From: Luteolibacter sp.
GTDB taxonomy: Bacteria > Verrucomicrobiota > Verrucomicrobiia > Verrucomicrobiales > Akkermansiaceae
Reading direction: 5' to 3'
Length of the DNA: 64,000 nucleotides
Assembly (NCBI GenBank): GCA_030828305.1
Contig: JAURCU010000001.1
Coordinates: forward strand, 2,820-66,819
Positions 29,170 through 38,512 of the stretch are shown here, in pieces. Numbering within the stretch: the stretch's first letter is position 1; the number at the start of each line of letters is the position of its first letter. The notes below the pieces were generated by a model, which saw only the letters and a program-made list of their open reading frames with translations, was not told the DNA's origin and ran no database searches. The translations under genes were made by a program, and so were the position numbers.

Positions 29170-29245
29170 CACTCTGATTATTTTTTAAACATTTGATAAT
29201 CAGTTGATTGCATCCATAGCTCCATTGAAACTGGTTGTTGAAGCC

Positions 29246-29615
29246 ATGCTCAAACCCCATCATTTTTTCTACAAGTGCCCGCTCAAGATCTCCGATCTAG
29301 AGCAGACCTAGGAGCGGTTGTTTCTGCGCCAAGTGCAGCAAGGACATTTACAACCTCACCGATTGCTCGATTAAGGAAGTCCTGCAGCTAAAGCGCCACA
29401 AGGATTTCCTATGTGGCTTCGTGCACGCCGTGAGCGTCACTTCCATTGTGGGCTTGGCTGCATGCTCTAAGAGTGGGGAGGAAAATGCGAGCAACGAGAA
29501 TGGCAACTTCTCCGCACAACAAGAAAACCAACAAGTTAACGTGGAGGCTAGGCCTGAGTTGATGGGTGCTATCTGTGTTGCTGAAAAGGAGTTCGTCAAA
29601 CCCGAAGTCGATTAG
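29246..29615 (+). pseudogene. Small Cys-rich membrane/lipoprotein gene interrupted by a +1 frameshift near 29309
   Basis: ATG 29246 gives MLKPHHFFYKCPLKISDLEQT-TAG. Skipping one base continues RSGCFCAKCSKDIYNLTDCSIKEVLQLKRHKDFLCGF, a hydrophobic stretch ending LAAC, and a polar tail to TAG 29613-29615. Confidence 0.6.
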
Positions 29616-29812
29616 CCCGCCGAGCACCAAGACACCACAGCCAAGGACGATCCCGAATCCTAGGTTCTCTCAGAATTCAAGCCATCGGTGGGAATCAACC
29701 GCCCCGTGATCATGGGACCCATCTGCCCGCCGGATCGGCTCAGACCTCAAACCGGCAGAGGGGACAAGCCGCTCGATCAGAAGCGGGAAGCCAACCCCAC
29801 GCGATACAAGTC

Positions 29813-31354
29813 TCACTCAGGACTATTCACTTTAGGCCCTTTGCTTGCCGGCTTCTTGAAACCCGCAAGGATCTCAACCGCCTTCTTGCGCTGTTGAGCG
29901 TCGAGTTTTGAGCCGATTGCTTCCTTCATCTTGGATCCATTCTCCCCTCCCCGCTCCTCGGCAAGACTTGCCAGGGCCCATGCCTTGGGGAGGTTCTTTT
30001 CGACAGGACCACCTGAGCTAAGCAGACGGGCAAGGGCTAAAGTCGCCTCCACGTGACCCTGCTGTGCAGCGAGGCCGTAAAGTTCACCGGCATTCTTGTA
30101 GTCCTGCTGCAAGCCTGCGGCTCCGACCTCGTAAAGGGCCGCCAAATTATTTTGTGCCGCTGCATTGCCAAGTTTGGCAGCTCGGGTAAGCCAGCTGGTG
30201 GCTGCGGCCGGGTCGGCTACTCCCAATTTGCCGCCCAGATAGAACAAGCCCAACTCGTTCTGCGCCACAGCCAATTGTTGATTGGAGGCGGAAAGGAGAT
30301 TGATATAAGCCGCAGCAAGATCCGGATTTTCAGCGGAGATCAACAACATGGCTACCTGAAATTGAGCCATGGGGTGCCCGCCTTCAGCTGCCTGCAACAA
30401 CAGGGCTTTACCGCGCTGAGGATCCTTTTCGGTCCCGCGACCCGCGAGGTAAAAGTCGGCTGTGAGCAGAGTGCAATCGAGTTGCCCTCCATCTTTTCCG
30501 CGCTCGTAGGCTTGAAGTGCCGCCTTGTCGTCTTTCTTGACGTTCTGCTCGTAGTCACCGAGCACCAGACAAGCCCTCAAATCTCCTGACTCGGCAGCCT
30601 TGCTCAACCAGGCACGACCACGTTGCTCGTTGCGCAGCGACTCTTGGCCATTGAGTAACCTGGAGCCCAAGTCAATCATCGACTGCACATCACCGAGTTC
30701 AGCAGCCTGGCGATAGAGCTCGATGGACTTGGCCGGATCAATGAATTTCTCGAAACCGAAGCTGCCCTCCCGCAAGGCTGCCAGCAGACGGATGGAGGTC
30801 AGGTCGTCAGCCTTGGCTGCGCGATGCCACCACTCGATGGCTTTCTCCGGTTTGGGCTCCTTGCTCAAGCGGCCGCGCAGCCAAGCCTCACCAAGTAGGC
30901 GTCCTGCAACTGCAACTTGGGTTTCTGCCGCTTTTTCCAATGTCTTGCGCGCCTCATCGCGCTCATTTTCCTTATCGGAGAGCAGCAATAGGAGTGCGCC
31001 GCGATAGCCCGCATCCTCATGTCCTGCAGAGGATGCCTTGCGGTAGAAATCGAGAGCCTTATCGCGGGAAAATTCCAAACCTCGACCCGATTCATGAGCT
31101 AGCCCCATGAGAAAGAGGGCATCGGCATCGCCCGATTCGACGAGAGGTTTGGCCAAATCCACAGCCTCCTCAAAACGCCCCTCTGAAAAAGCCCTGTTGG
31201 CCGCGGCAGCCGGCCCGTCGACCTTTGCCTCCTTGGCGATCACCTCCTTCAGCAGAGAGTCAATGGTATCGGGTTCGTTGATGGAGATTGCCGCTTGTAG
31301 GCTGGTGAGCGAGGCAATCACCAGAGCGATTATGATGCGAAGAAAAGGTTTCAT
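29813..31354 (-). CDS. Secreted SEL1-like (TPR) repeat protein
   Basis: Signal peptide MKPFLRIIIALVIASLTSLQA; about ten repeats of type A.F.LG..YE.G.G.......A..WY.KAA..G. Confidence 0.9.
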   Translation of the reverse strand: MKPFLRIIIALVIASLTSLQAAISINEPDTIDSLLKEVIAKEAKVDGPAAAANRAFSEGRFEEAVDLAKPLVESGDADALFLMGLAHESGRGLEFSRDKALDFYRKASSAGHEDAGYRGALLLLLSDKENERDEARKTLEKAAETQVAVAGRLLGEAWLRGRLSKEPKPEKAIEWWHRAAKADDLTSIRLLAALREGSFGFEKFIDPAKSIELYRQAAELGDVQSMIDLGSRLLNGQESLRNEQRGRAWLSKAAESGDLRACLVLGDYEQNVKKDDKAALQAYERGKDGGQLDCTLLTADFYLAGRGTEKDPQRGKALLLQAAEGGHPMAQFQVAMLLISAENPDLAAAYINLLSASNQQLAVAQNELGLFYLGGKLGVADPAAATSWLTRAAKLGNAAAQNNLAALYEVGAAGLQQDYKNAGELYGLAAQQGHVEATLALARLLSSGGPVEKNLPKAWALASLAEERGGENGSKMKEAIGSKLDAQQRKKAVEILAGFKKPASKGPKVNSPE

Positions 31355-31444
31355 GGCAGGCAGTGAGGGGGGGTAAAAAAGGGGGGAAGCGCTTGTGCAC
31401 CACAAAGAATACAGGCTCGAAAGGCCAGGTGAAGAGAAAAGGCT

Positions 31445-34400
31445 TTAGCGGCACCCGATTTTCTGGACCAGCAGTGCTTCTGCGAGAAACGACGCGGTGT
31501 TCGATCTTTTTGAACGTGCCACTTTTTCCGGAACGCCCCAGGCCACTAAACGACCTCCGCCCTCTCCCGCCTCGGGACCGAGGTCGAGAATCCAATCCGC
31601 TTCTGCGGCAACGTCCATGTGGTGCTCGATGACCACTACCGTATGGCCCTCATCCACCAAGCGATGTAAGATCTCAATAAGGCGGCGGATGTCTTCGTGG
31701 TGTAGGCCGACGGTGGGCTCCTCGATCAGGTAAAGGTTGCGCTTTTTGATAGCCGCGGTGCGCAAGCCGGCCTTCGATCCACGACCTTTGATGAGTTCAG
31801 CCACCAATTTGATGCGCTGGGCCTCTCCACCGGAAAGGGTTGGTGAGGGCTGGCCTAACTGCAGGTAACCAAGCCCAGTGTCGGCCATCAAGCGAAGCGG
31901 AACCGCAATCCGAGGTTGGGAATCGAAGAAGTCGGCGGCTTCATCAATGGTCATTGCCAGCACTTCACCGATATTGCGCGACTTGAAGCGCGCCTCAAGG
32001 GTGGCAGAGTTGTAGCGCAGGCCATTGCATGCCTGGCAATGCACCCAAGCCGCAGGTAGGAAATCCATCTCGAGCTTTATTCTTCCATTGCCTTTGCATT
32101 CCGGACAGCGTCCGCCCTCGGTGTTGAATGAAAAACGGGAGGCATCGTAGCCACGCATGCGTGCGTCGGGCAACTGGGCAAACAAGGCTCGGATGTGATC
32201 GAAGACCTTGACATACGTAGCCGGGCAGGAACGCGAGGTCTTGCCAATCGGTGCCTGATCGACTTCGTAGCAGGCCTTGATCGCCTCAAATCCGATGGCA
32301 GACTTGAATGGCTTGCGTGTAGTGCGTTTGGAGCGCACCGCCGGCGCGATACACTCGTGCAGGAGCGTTGATTTTCCTGAACCCGAAATACCGGTGATCA
32401 CCGTCAAGCGAGCAAGAGGAAATTTCACCTCGATGCGCTTCAGATTGTTGGCTGTGCAACCCACCAGTTGCAGCATGGCATGATTGCGCCCGACCGCTCG
32501 CCGCTCGCCACGCATGGGGTGCGTCATCGGATTGAGCATGGCTTTGATGGTTGGGGAATGCTCCACGGCTCTGGCCCAAACGGATTTGGATGCTTTTCGA
32601 GGGCCTTCATGGGCGGAAATGGGAGGGCCTTCATAAACCACTTCGCCCCCGAAACGACCCGCGCCCGGCCCCAAGTCGATGAGATGATCAGCGGCAGCAA
32701 TCGTGTCCTCGTCATGCTCGACAATAATAAGCGAATTGCCGTGATCGCGAAGCGCGGCCAAGGTTGCCAGCAGGGCCCGGTTATCACGTGGATGCAGGCC
32801 AATGGTCGGCTCATCGAGCACGTAGAGCACACCTCGCAGGTTGGAGCCGAGCTGCGCGGCCAAACGGATGCGCTGGGATTCACCGCCAGACAGGGTGTTG
32901 CCGGAGCGGTTGAGCTGGAGATAACCCAAACCCACCTGCTCAAGGAAGGCCAGACGCTGCCTAATTTCGGGCAGGATATCGCGCGCGATCAGGCGCTGGC
33001 GCTGATTATCAAAATCGAGCCCAGCGAAGTGGGCGGAGGCTTCCGCAATGGGCATCGCCGCCAGATCCGCAATTCCATAACCCGCCAACTGAACCGCGCA
33101 AGCCATGGCATTGAGACGTGCACCCTTGCAGACATCACACTCAACCAATTCCTGCTGATCCATTCTGTCCATGGCACGCTCGGCATCGAGCTCTGCTTCC
33201 ATTACGGAGTCAAAACGCGAGGTATCAAGGCGTCTTCCACGTCGTGCCACCACCCCATGGCCGCGGCATTGCGGACACCAACCGTGGGGTGAGTTGAAAG
33301 AAAACAGACGCGGGTCGAGATCGTCATAGGAAGCCTTGCAGCTCGGGCAGCTCGATTGGGTTGAAAGCAACTGCATGCCCTTGTCATTTGCCCGCAATCG
33401 CACCACTCCCCTGCCAATCTGCAGGGCACGCTGCATCAGGGCCGACATGCCTTTGGAGCGGGCCGACTTGAAGCGCGCAACCTCAACATCAATGTCGTGC
33501 TCCTGATATCGGGCGAGGCGTGTGAAGGATGCACCATCCACCCACTCGCCATCGACCAGTAGCCGCTCAAATCCCTGCTTGAGCGCCCACTCAGCAACCT
33601 CGCTGTGGTAACCCTTGCGGCCGCGGATGACGGGCGCAAGCAAGCTCACCTCTCCCTTGGCAGCAGCCTTGCGAATCGCATTCTCAATGGCGGCAAGCGA
33701 TTGCTTACTCACAGGCACTCCGCAGTCCGGACAGTGCATAATGCCAAGCTTGGCATATAGCAGACGGGCGAAGTTCCAAACTTCGGTAACCGTAGCAACG
33801 GTCGACTTCCCGCCCCCCTGTGAAACGCGCTGCTCAATTGCCACAGTTGGCGGCAGACCAATGAGCTGGTCGAGCTCTGGCTTTTCCAGCTGTTCTGCAA
33901 ACTGCCGAGCATAGGTCGACATCGAATCGAGAAAGCGTCGCTGACCTTCTGCAAAAAGGATATCGAAAGCCAGGGTCGATTTGCCGGAGCCGGATAGACC
34001 GGAGATCACCACCAGCTTCTCGCGCACGATGTCCAGCGACAGATTCTTGAGGTTGTGATGGCGCGCCCCTCGAAGCTCAATGGCATTCGAAGCCCGCAGG
34101 GACTTGGCGGGTTTGGAGCGCGGGCGTCTGCCCGATTTGCCGAGCACATCTTTGAGCAAGTGACCCGTAGGGCTCTTGAGCCTGGAAATCTGCTGTGGAT
34201 TCCCCTGCCCCACCAATTGACCACCCCGGTCTCCAGCTTCCGGTCCGAGGTCTAGAATCCAATCGGCAGACTTGATTACCTCCACATTGTGCTCGATGAC
34301 CAACAAGCTGTTGCCCGCATCTACCAGTCTATGGAACACCCCGAGCAGACGCTCGATATCACGAAAGTGCAGGCCCGTGGTTGGCTCGTCCATGATCAAG

Positions 34401-37036
34401 AGCCGCTTGGACTTGCTGCCCGGGTTCTCGCGCAAAAGCTTGCACAATTTGAGCCGCTGCGACTCCCCGCCCGAAAGGGTGTTGAGCGGCTGACCCAGAA
34501 GCAGATAACCGAGTCCGACCTCCACCAGAGGCTGCAAGGCGGAGTGAATCTGCCCCATCCAGCGCTGGTGCTTTTTCGAGGTGGTGAGGCCGGCGGCAAA
34601 ATGCTCGAGTGCCTCATCAACACTCAAGCCGAGCACATCGGCAATGGATAGGCCCGCATAGCTGTATTCCAGGGTAGAAGGCTTGTAGCGCCGACCTTCA
34701 CAATCCGGACAGGTCACATAAAGATCTGAGAGAAACTGCATTTCCACCTTCTCGGATCCGGTTCCCGCACAGCGGTCACAACGCCCCTCGCCGGAATTGA
34801 AAGAAAAATATCCCGGTTTGAGACCTGCCGCGACGGCTTGCGGTTCCTCACAAAACAATTGCCGAATCGCATCAAAAGCCCCGAGGAACAGGGCCGGTGT
34901 CGAGCGGGGTGTACGGGCCACAGCGCTCTGGTCCACCAAATCCACGCCGTCCAGAAGCTCGCTGCCTTCCAGGGATCGAATGGGGGCTGCCTCCCCCTCA
35001 GGGTTCTGCCCCAACTTACGCCCCAGGTTCTGATAGATCACATCATGAGCCAAGGTTGATTTGCCTGATCCGGAAACCCCGGTCAGACATACCAGCAAGC
35101 CAAGAGGCACATCGATATCCAGCTTGCTCAGGTTGTGTCGTGTCGCACCGCGTATTAGCAGCCTCTCATTGCCGGGCTTGCGAGGCTCTTTGGGGATAGC
35201 AATCGACTCGCGCCCGTCCAACCAGGGCAAAGTGCCCTGACCGCTCTTGGCATTGGCCTTACGAAAAGCCGCCGCACTCGCCGGGCCGGCATACATGACG
35301 TTGCCACCGTGCCGGCCCGCACCTGGCCCGAGATCAATCAAATGATCAGCGGCCTCCATGACTGCCTGCTCGTGCTCAACAACCACCAGCGTGTTGCCCA
35401 GATCGCGCAGACGATGCATCACCGCCACCAGTTGCTCAATGTCACGGGCATGCAGGCCAACCGTTGGTTCATCCAGTACAAATAAGGTTCCTGTCAGTGA
35501 AGCCCCCAGGCATGCCGTGAGATTGACCCGCTCGATCTCACCACCCGAGAGCGTGCGGGTGGCACGGTCGAGAGTCAGGTAGCCCAAGCCCACCTGATTG
35601 AGGTAGTAAAGACGCGAATGCACCTCCTGCAGGACCAACTTCAGGGTTGGATCCTGCGCTTTGCTTGATTTGCCATGGCGCTTGATCAGCTCCGCCACAA
35701 AAGGCAGCAGGTCGGCAACCGGCATCCGCCACAAATCCGGCAGGGTCTTGCCTTCGATCCGGAAGCACAGAGCCTGCGGCTGCAAGCGGCGGCCGCGACA
35801 AGTGGAACAAGTCGTGTAGGAGCGGTAACGCGAGAGGAACACCCGCACGTGCATTTTGTAGGCCTTGGTCTCAAGCCAATCGAAGAAGCCCTTCACACCA
35901 TACCAGTCACCGGCTTGCCACAGCGCATCCAGCTCCTCCATGGTAAGATCATCTTTTTTACTATTTCCGTAGTATATCCAATCCCTGTCGTCTTCGCTCA
36001 ACTCTTCCCATGGTCGATGGATATCGATCCCTCTTTCTGCACAACAACGAAGCAGGTCGCGTTGACACTCCTCACCCCTCTCCCCCTGAAATGGCCTGAT
36101 CGCGCCATCGGCAATGGACAGAAAAGGATCGGGAACCGCTTTCCCCATGTCGATACCGATGACCCGCCCAAAGCCGCGGCATTTCGGGCAAGCGCCCAAT
36201 GGAGAGTTGAAGGAAAACAGAGCAGGCGTGGGCGCCTGCAAGGTGAAGCCGGTACGCGGGTTGGTCCAGGCAGACACGAACTCACGCTTCAACCCACCAT
36301 CCTCTCTGTGCAACGACGCCCGTCCCTTGCCAAGTTGCAAGGCGGCCTCAAGCGCTTCGAGCAGACGCGGGCGCTCACGCGCCCCGACCTTTAGTCGGTC
36401 CTGGATGACCAGGACCCATGACAAACCTTTGAGAAGATCCATCGGTGGCTCCTCGTCTGTACGTAAGATGCCACTGTGGGCGACCACGCGCAGATAGCCC
36501 TGTTCATTGAGAAAAGCGAAGAATTCGGCAGCATTGACGTTTTCAGGCACATCCACGCAAAAAGTCACCAGAACCACCTCACCATTCATCTGGGCCAACG
36601 CCCAGTCGGCGGCCGTCTCGGCGCTATCGGGGGTGATCAGCTCGCCGGTTTCGGGATCGTAGGCCTGAGCGAGACGCGGATAGAGCAGCTTCAGGTAATC
36701 ATTGACTTCAGTGAGAGTGCCAACCGTTGAGCGGGTCGTGCGTATGTGGTTTTTCTGCTCGATGGCAATGGCCGGCGGAATTCCCTCCACCTCATCCACA
36801 TCCGGTTTGTCCATGCGGTCAAAAAACTGCCGCACATACGGCGAGAACGTTTCCACGTAGCGACGCTGGCCCTCGGCATAGAGGGTATGGAAAGCAAGCG
36901 ATGACTTTCCGGATCCGGACGGGCCGGTTACCACGGTCAATTTGCCATGGGGAATTTCAAGATCCAGATCCCGCAGATTGTGCTGGCGACAGGAGCGCAG
37001 GCGTATGACCGGACACGGCGACTTGGAATGGGGCAC
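31445..37036 (-). CDS. uvrA: Excinuclease ABC subunit A, double-length (two UvrA units in one polypeptide)
   Basis: Four Walker A motifs (GPSGSGKSS, GVSGSGKST, GLSGSGKST, GISGSGKST), four LSGGE signatures, multiple CxxC zinc fingers. Start uncertain; GTG 37036 chosen to avoid overlap with the kinase gene. Confidence 0.95.
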   Translation of the reverse strand: MPHSKSPCPVIRLRSCRQHNLRDLDLEIPHGKLTVVTGPSGSGKSSLAFHTLYAEGQRRYVETFSPYVRQFFDRMDKPDVDEVEGIPPAIAIEQKNHIRTTRSTVGTLTEVNDYLKLLYPRLAQAYDPETGELITPDSAETAADWALAQMNGEVVLVTFCVDVPENVNAAEFFAFLNEQGYLRVVAHSGILRTDEEPPMDLLKGLSWVLVIQDRLKVGARERPRLLEALEAALQLGKGRASLHREDGGLKREFVSAWTNPRTGFTLQAPTPALFSFNSPLGACPKCRGFGRVIGIDMGKAVPDPFLSIADGAIRPFQGERGEECQRDLLRCCAERGIDIHRPWEELSEDDRDWIYYGNSKKDDLTMEELDALWQAGDWYGVKGFFDWLETKAYKMHVRVFLSRYRSYTTCSTCRGRRLQPQALCFRIEGKTLPDLWRMPVADLLPFVAELIKRHGKSSKAQDPTLKLVLQEVHSRLYYLNQVGLGYLTLDRATRTLSGGEIERVNLTACLGASLTGTLFVLDEPTVGLHARDIEQLVAVMHRLRDLGNTLVVVEHEQAVMEAADHLIDLGPGAGRHGGNVMYAGPASAAAFRKANAKSGQGTLPWLDGRESIAIPKEPRKPGNERLLIRGATRHNLSKLDIDVPLGLLVCLTGVSGSGKSTLAHDVIYQNLGRKLGQNPEGEAAPIRSLEGSELLDGVDLVDQSAVARTPRSTPALFLGAFDAIRQLFCEEPQAVAAGLKPGYFSFNSGEGRCDRCAGTGSEKVEMQFLSDLYVTCPDCEGRRYKPSTLEYSYAGLSIADVLGLSVDEALEHFAAGLTTSKKHQRWMGQIHSALQPLVEVGLGYLLLGQPLNTLSGGESQRLKLCKLLRENPGSKSKRLLIMDEPTTGLHFRDIERLLGVFHRLVDAGNSLLVIEHNVEVIKSADWILDLGPEAGDRGGQLVGQGNPQQISRLKSPTGHLLKDVLGKSGRRPRSKPAKSLRASNAIELRGARHHNLKNLSLDIVREKLVVISGLSGSGKSTLAFDILFAEGQRRFLDSMSTYARQFAEQLEKPELDQLIGLPPTVAIEQRVSQGGGKSTVATVTEVWNFARLLYAKLGIMHCPDCGVPVSKQSLAAIENAIRKAAAKGEVSLLAPVIRGRKGYHSEVAEWALKQGFERLLVDGEWVDGASFTRLARYQEHDIDVEVARFKSARSKGMSALMQRALQIGRGVVRLRANDKGMQLLSTQSSCPSCKASYDDLDPRLFSFNSPHGWCPQCRGHGVVARRGRRLDTSRFDSVMEAELDAERAMDRMDQQELVECDVCKGARLNAMACAVQLAGYGIADLAAMPIAEASAHFAGLDFDNQRQRLIARDILPEIRQRLAFLEQVGLGYLQLNRSGNTLSGGESQRIRLAAQLGSNLRGVLYVLDEPTIGLHPRDNRALLATLAALRDHGNSLIIVEHDEDTIAAADHLIDLGPGAGRFGGEVVYEGPPISAHEGPRKASKSVWARAVEHSPTIKAMLNPMTHPMRGERRAVGRNHAMLQLVGCTANNLKRIEVKFPLARLTVITGISGSGKSTLLHECIAPAVRSKRTTRKPFKSAIGFEAIKACYEVDQAPIGKTSRSCPATYVKVFDHIRALFAQLPDARMRGYDASRFSFNTEGGRCPECKGNGRIKLEMDFLPAAWVHCQACNGLRYNSATLEARFKSRNIGEVLAMTIDEAADFFDSQPRIAVPLRLMADTGLGYLQLGQPSPTLSGGEAQRIKLVAELIKGRGSKAGLRTAAIKKRNLYLIEEPTVGLHHEDIRRLIEILHRLVDEGHTVVVIEHHMDVAAEADWILDLGPEAGEGGGRLVAWGVPEKVARSKRSNTASFLAEALLVQKIGCR

Positions 37037-37064
37037 GATTGAAGACTTGGATCTGGGAGCCGAT

Positions 37065-38417
37065 TTATGGCTCTGGCTTTGTTTCTGCCTCCCGTGCCGG
37101 CGAGGAAGTTGGGGGAGGCTCAGGCGGCACGGGCGAATCATCCAGCAGGTCCCTAACGGAACCTTTCTGGGAATCGATGAAGCTGCTCAGGCCATCGGTT
37201 TGGTTTTGCTCGGGTTCTGTATTCCCGCCATCTCCCCCTCCCAGCATGAGGATCACGATGCCAGCGAAGACCAGGATGATCACCGCAATCCAAATACCCA
37301 TATGACTGCCAGTTCCTGAGGACATCATCATCGCGGGCGGTTGACCGCCGAGCGCGCCAGCCCCCCTCGCAGCCCCGGCGGCAGGCGCGGCCAACCCACT
37401 TCCGGCGGGCCTGGGAACAGCAAGGGCTCCGCCACCGCCTGCTCCAAGCCTGAGGGCTCCACCGCCCGCTGTGCGCTCGGGTTTGGGCTTGGCACGAAGC
37501 ATGTCACCCTGAGACATCTGCTGGATTTCCGACCCAGCGACTGTTGACACGCCCCTGGTCTGTGAGCCAGCCGCCACAGACAACTTGGTTGCCATGGCCT
37601 GTCCGGGCTGGCTGACCTTCGCCAGCTCTGAAGCCATCTCGGCCGCAGTTTGAAAGCGTTTTTCAGGGTCAGGTTGGGTCGCCTTGCGGATGACAGCATC
37701 CACACGTGGATGGCAGCGGACCTGTAGCGACGCAGGACGCGGATCATCCTCTGGAAGCTTACCGGTGATGAGTTCATGCAGCATCACCCCAAGCGAGAAA
37801 ATGTCGGCGCGTTGGTCAAAACGGTGGGGCGGCTCGATGACTTCCGGAGCGGTGTAGCCCGGCGTGCCAAATATGGTCTCTCCGTCTTCCACTTCACGGT
37901 CAAGCGGACGGGCCAGACCGAAGTCACCGATCTTGGGCTGCAGGTGGGCATCGAGCAGAATGTTGGCCGGTTTGATGTCGCGGTGCAAAATGCCGTGCTG
38001 GTGTGCATTGGCCACGCCCGCACAAATTCCCTGCATGAGACGCAGTGATTCGGAAGTCTTGATGACTCCCCCCTTGGTCACGTTGAAGAGGGTCTCGCCC
38101 TCCACATACTCCATGATGATGTAGAGCATTCCCGCAACTTCACCAAAGTCGAAGACACCAATGAGATTGGGATGGTTGAGCTTGGCCATCGCCTTGGCTT
38201 CCGCCTCGAAGGCCGCACAGAACTCGGGATCCTGCGAAAACTCGGTGGGCAGAATCTTGATGGCAACAACTCGGTCCAGAGATTGCTGCACCGCACAGTA
38301 AACCGCCCCCATGCCACCTGTTGCGACGAGGTGCTTGATGTCGTAACCCGGGAAAAGAGATGCCAATTCCTTGGTCTCCCTGATGGCAAATCCGGGATTT
38401 GAAGCGGTATCACTCAT
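37065..38417 (-). CDS. Membrane-anchored Hanks-type Ser/Thr protein kinase (catalytic motifs intact)
   Basis: ATGGMGAVY, VAIK, HRDIKPAN, DFG, GTPGYTAPE, DIFSLG; Gly/Ala-rich linker; one TM (IWIAVIILVFAGIVILML); short acidic/Pro-rich external tail. Confidence 0.93.
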   Translation of the reverse strand: MSDTASNPGFAIRETKELASLFPGYDIKHLVATGGMGAVYCAVQQSLDRVVAIKILPTEFSQDPEFCAAFEAEAKAMAKLNHPNLIGVFDFGEVAGMLYIIMEYVEGETLFNVTKGGVIKTSESLRLMQGICAGVANAHQHGILHRDIKPANILLDAHLQPKIGDFGLARPLDREVEDGETIFGTPGYTAPEVIEPPHRFDQRADIFSLGVMLHELITGKLPEDDPRPASLQVRCHPRVDAVIRKATQPDPEKRFQTAAEMASELAKVSQPGQAMATKLSVAAGSQTRGVSTVAGSEIQQMSQGDMLRAKPKPERTAGGGALRLGAGGGGALAVPRPAGSGLAAPAAGAARGAGALGGQPPAMMMSSGTGSHMGIWIAVIILVFAGIVILMLGGGDGGNTEPEQNQTDGLSSFIDSQKGSVRDLLDDSPVPPEPPPTSSPAREAETKPEP

Positions 38418-38512
38418 AAAAGGGCCAGCGGCGAGAGAGTAGGGATATCAGCGCCTACCCGGAAATTAAGCATCAACGATGACCCGCGCAAGAGGGAATC
38501 AGAGCAGACAAA

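Noticed and set aside
31367-31386. G7-T-A6-G6 homopolymer cluster just upstream of the SEL1 gene as a phase-variation tract
   Set aside because: Runs of 6-7 nt are short for slipped-strand switching and lie outside the likely CDS; would only matter if mutS is truly inactive.
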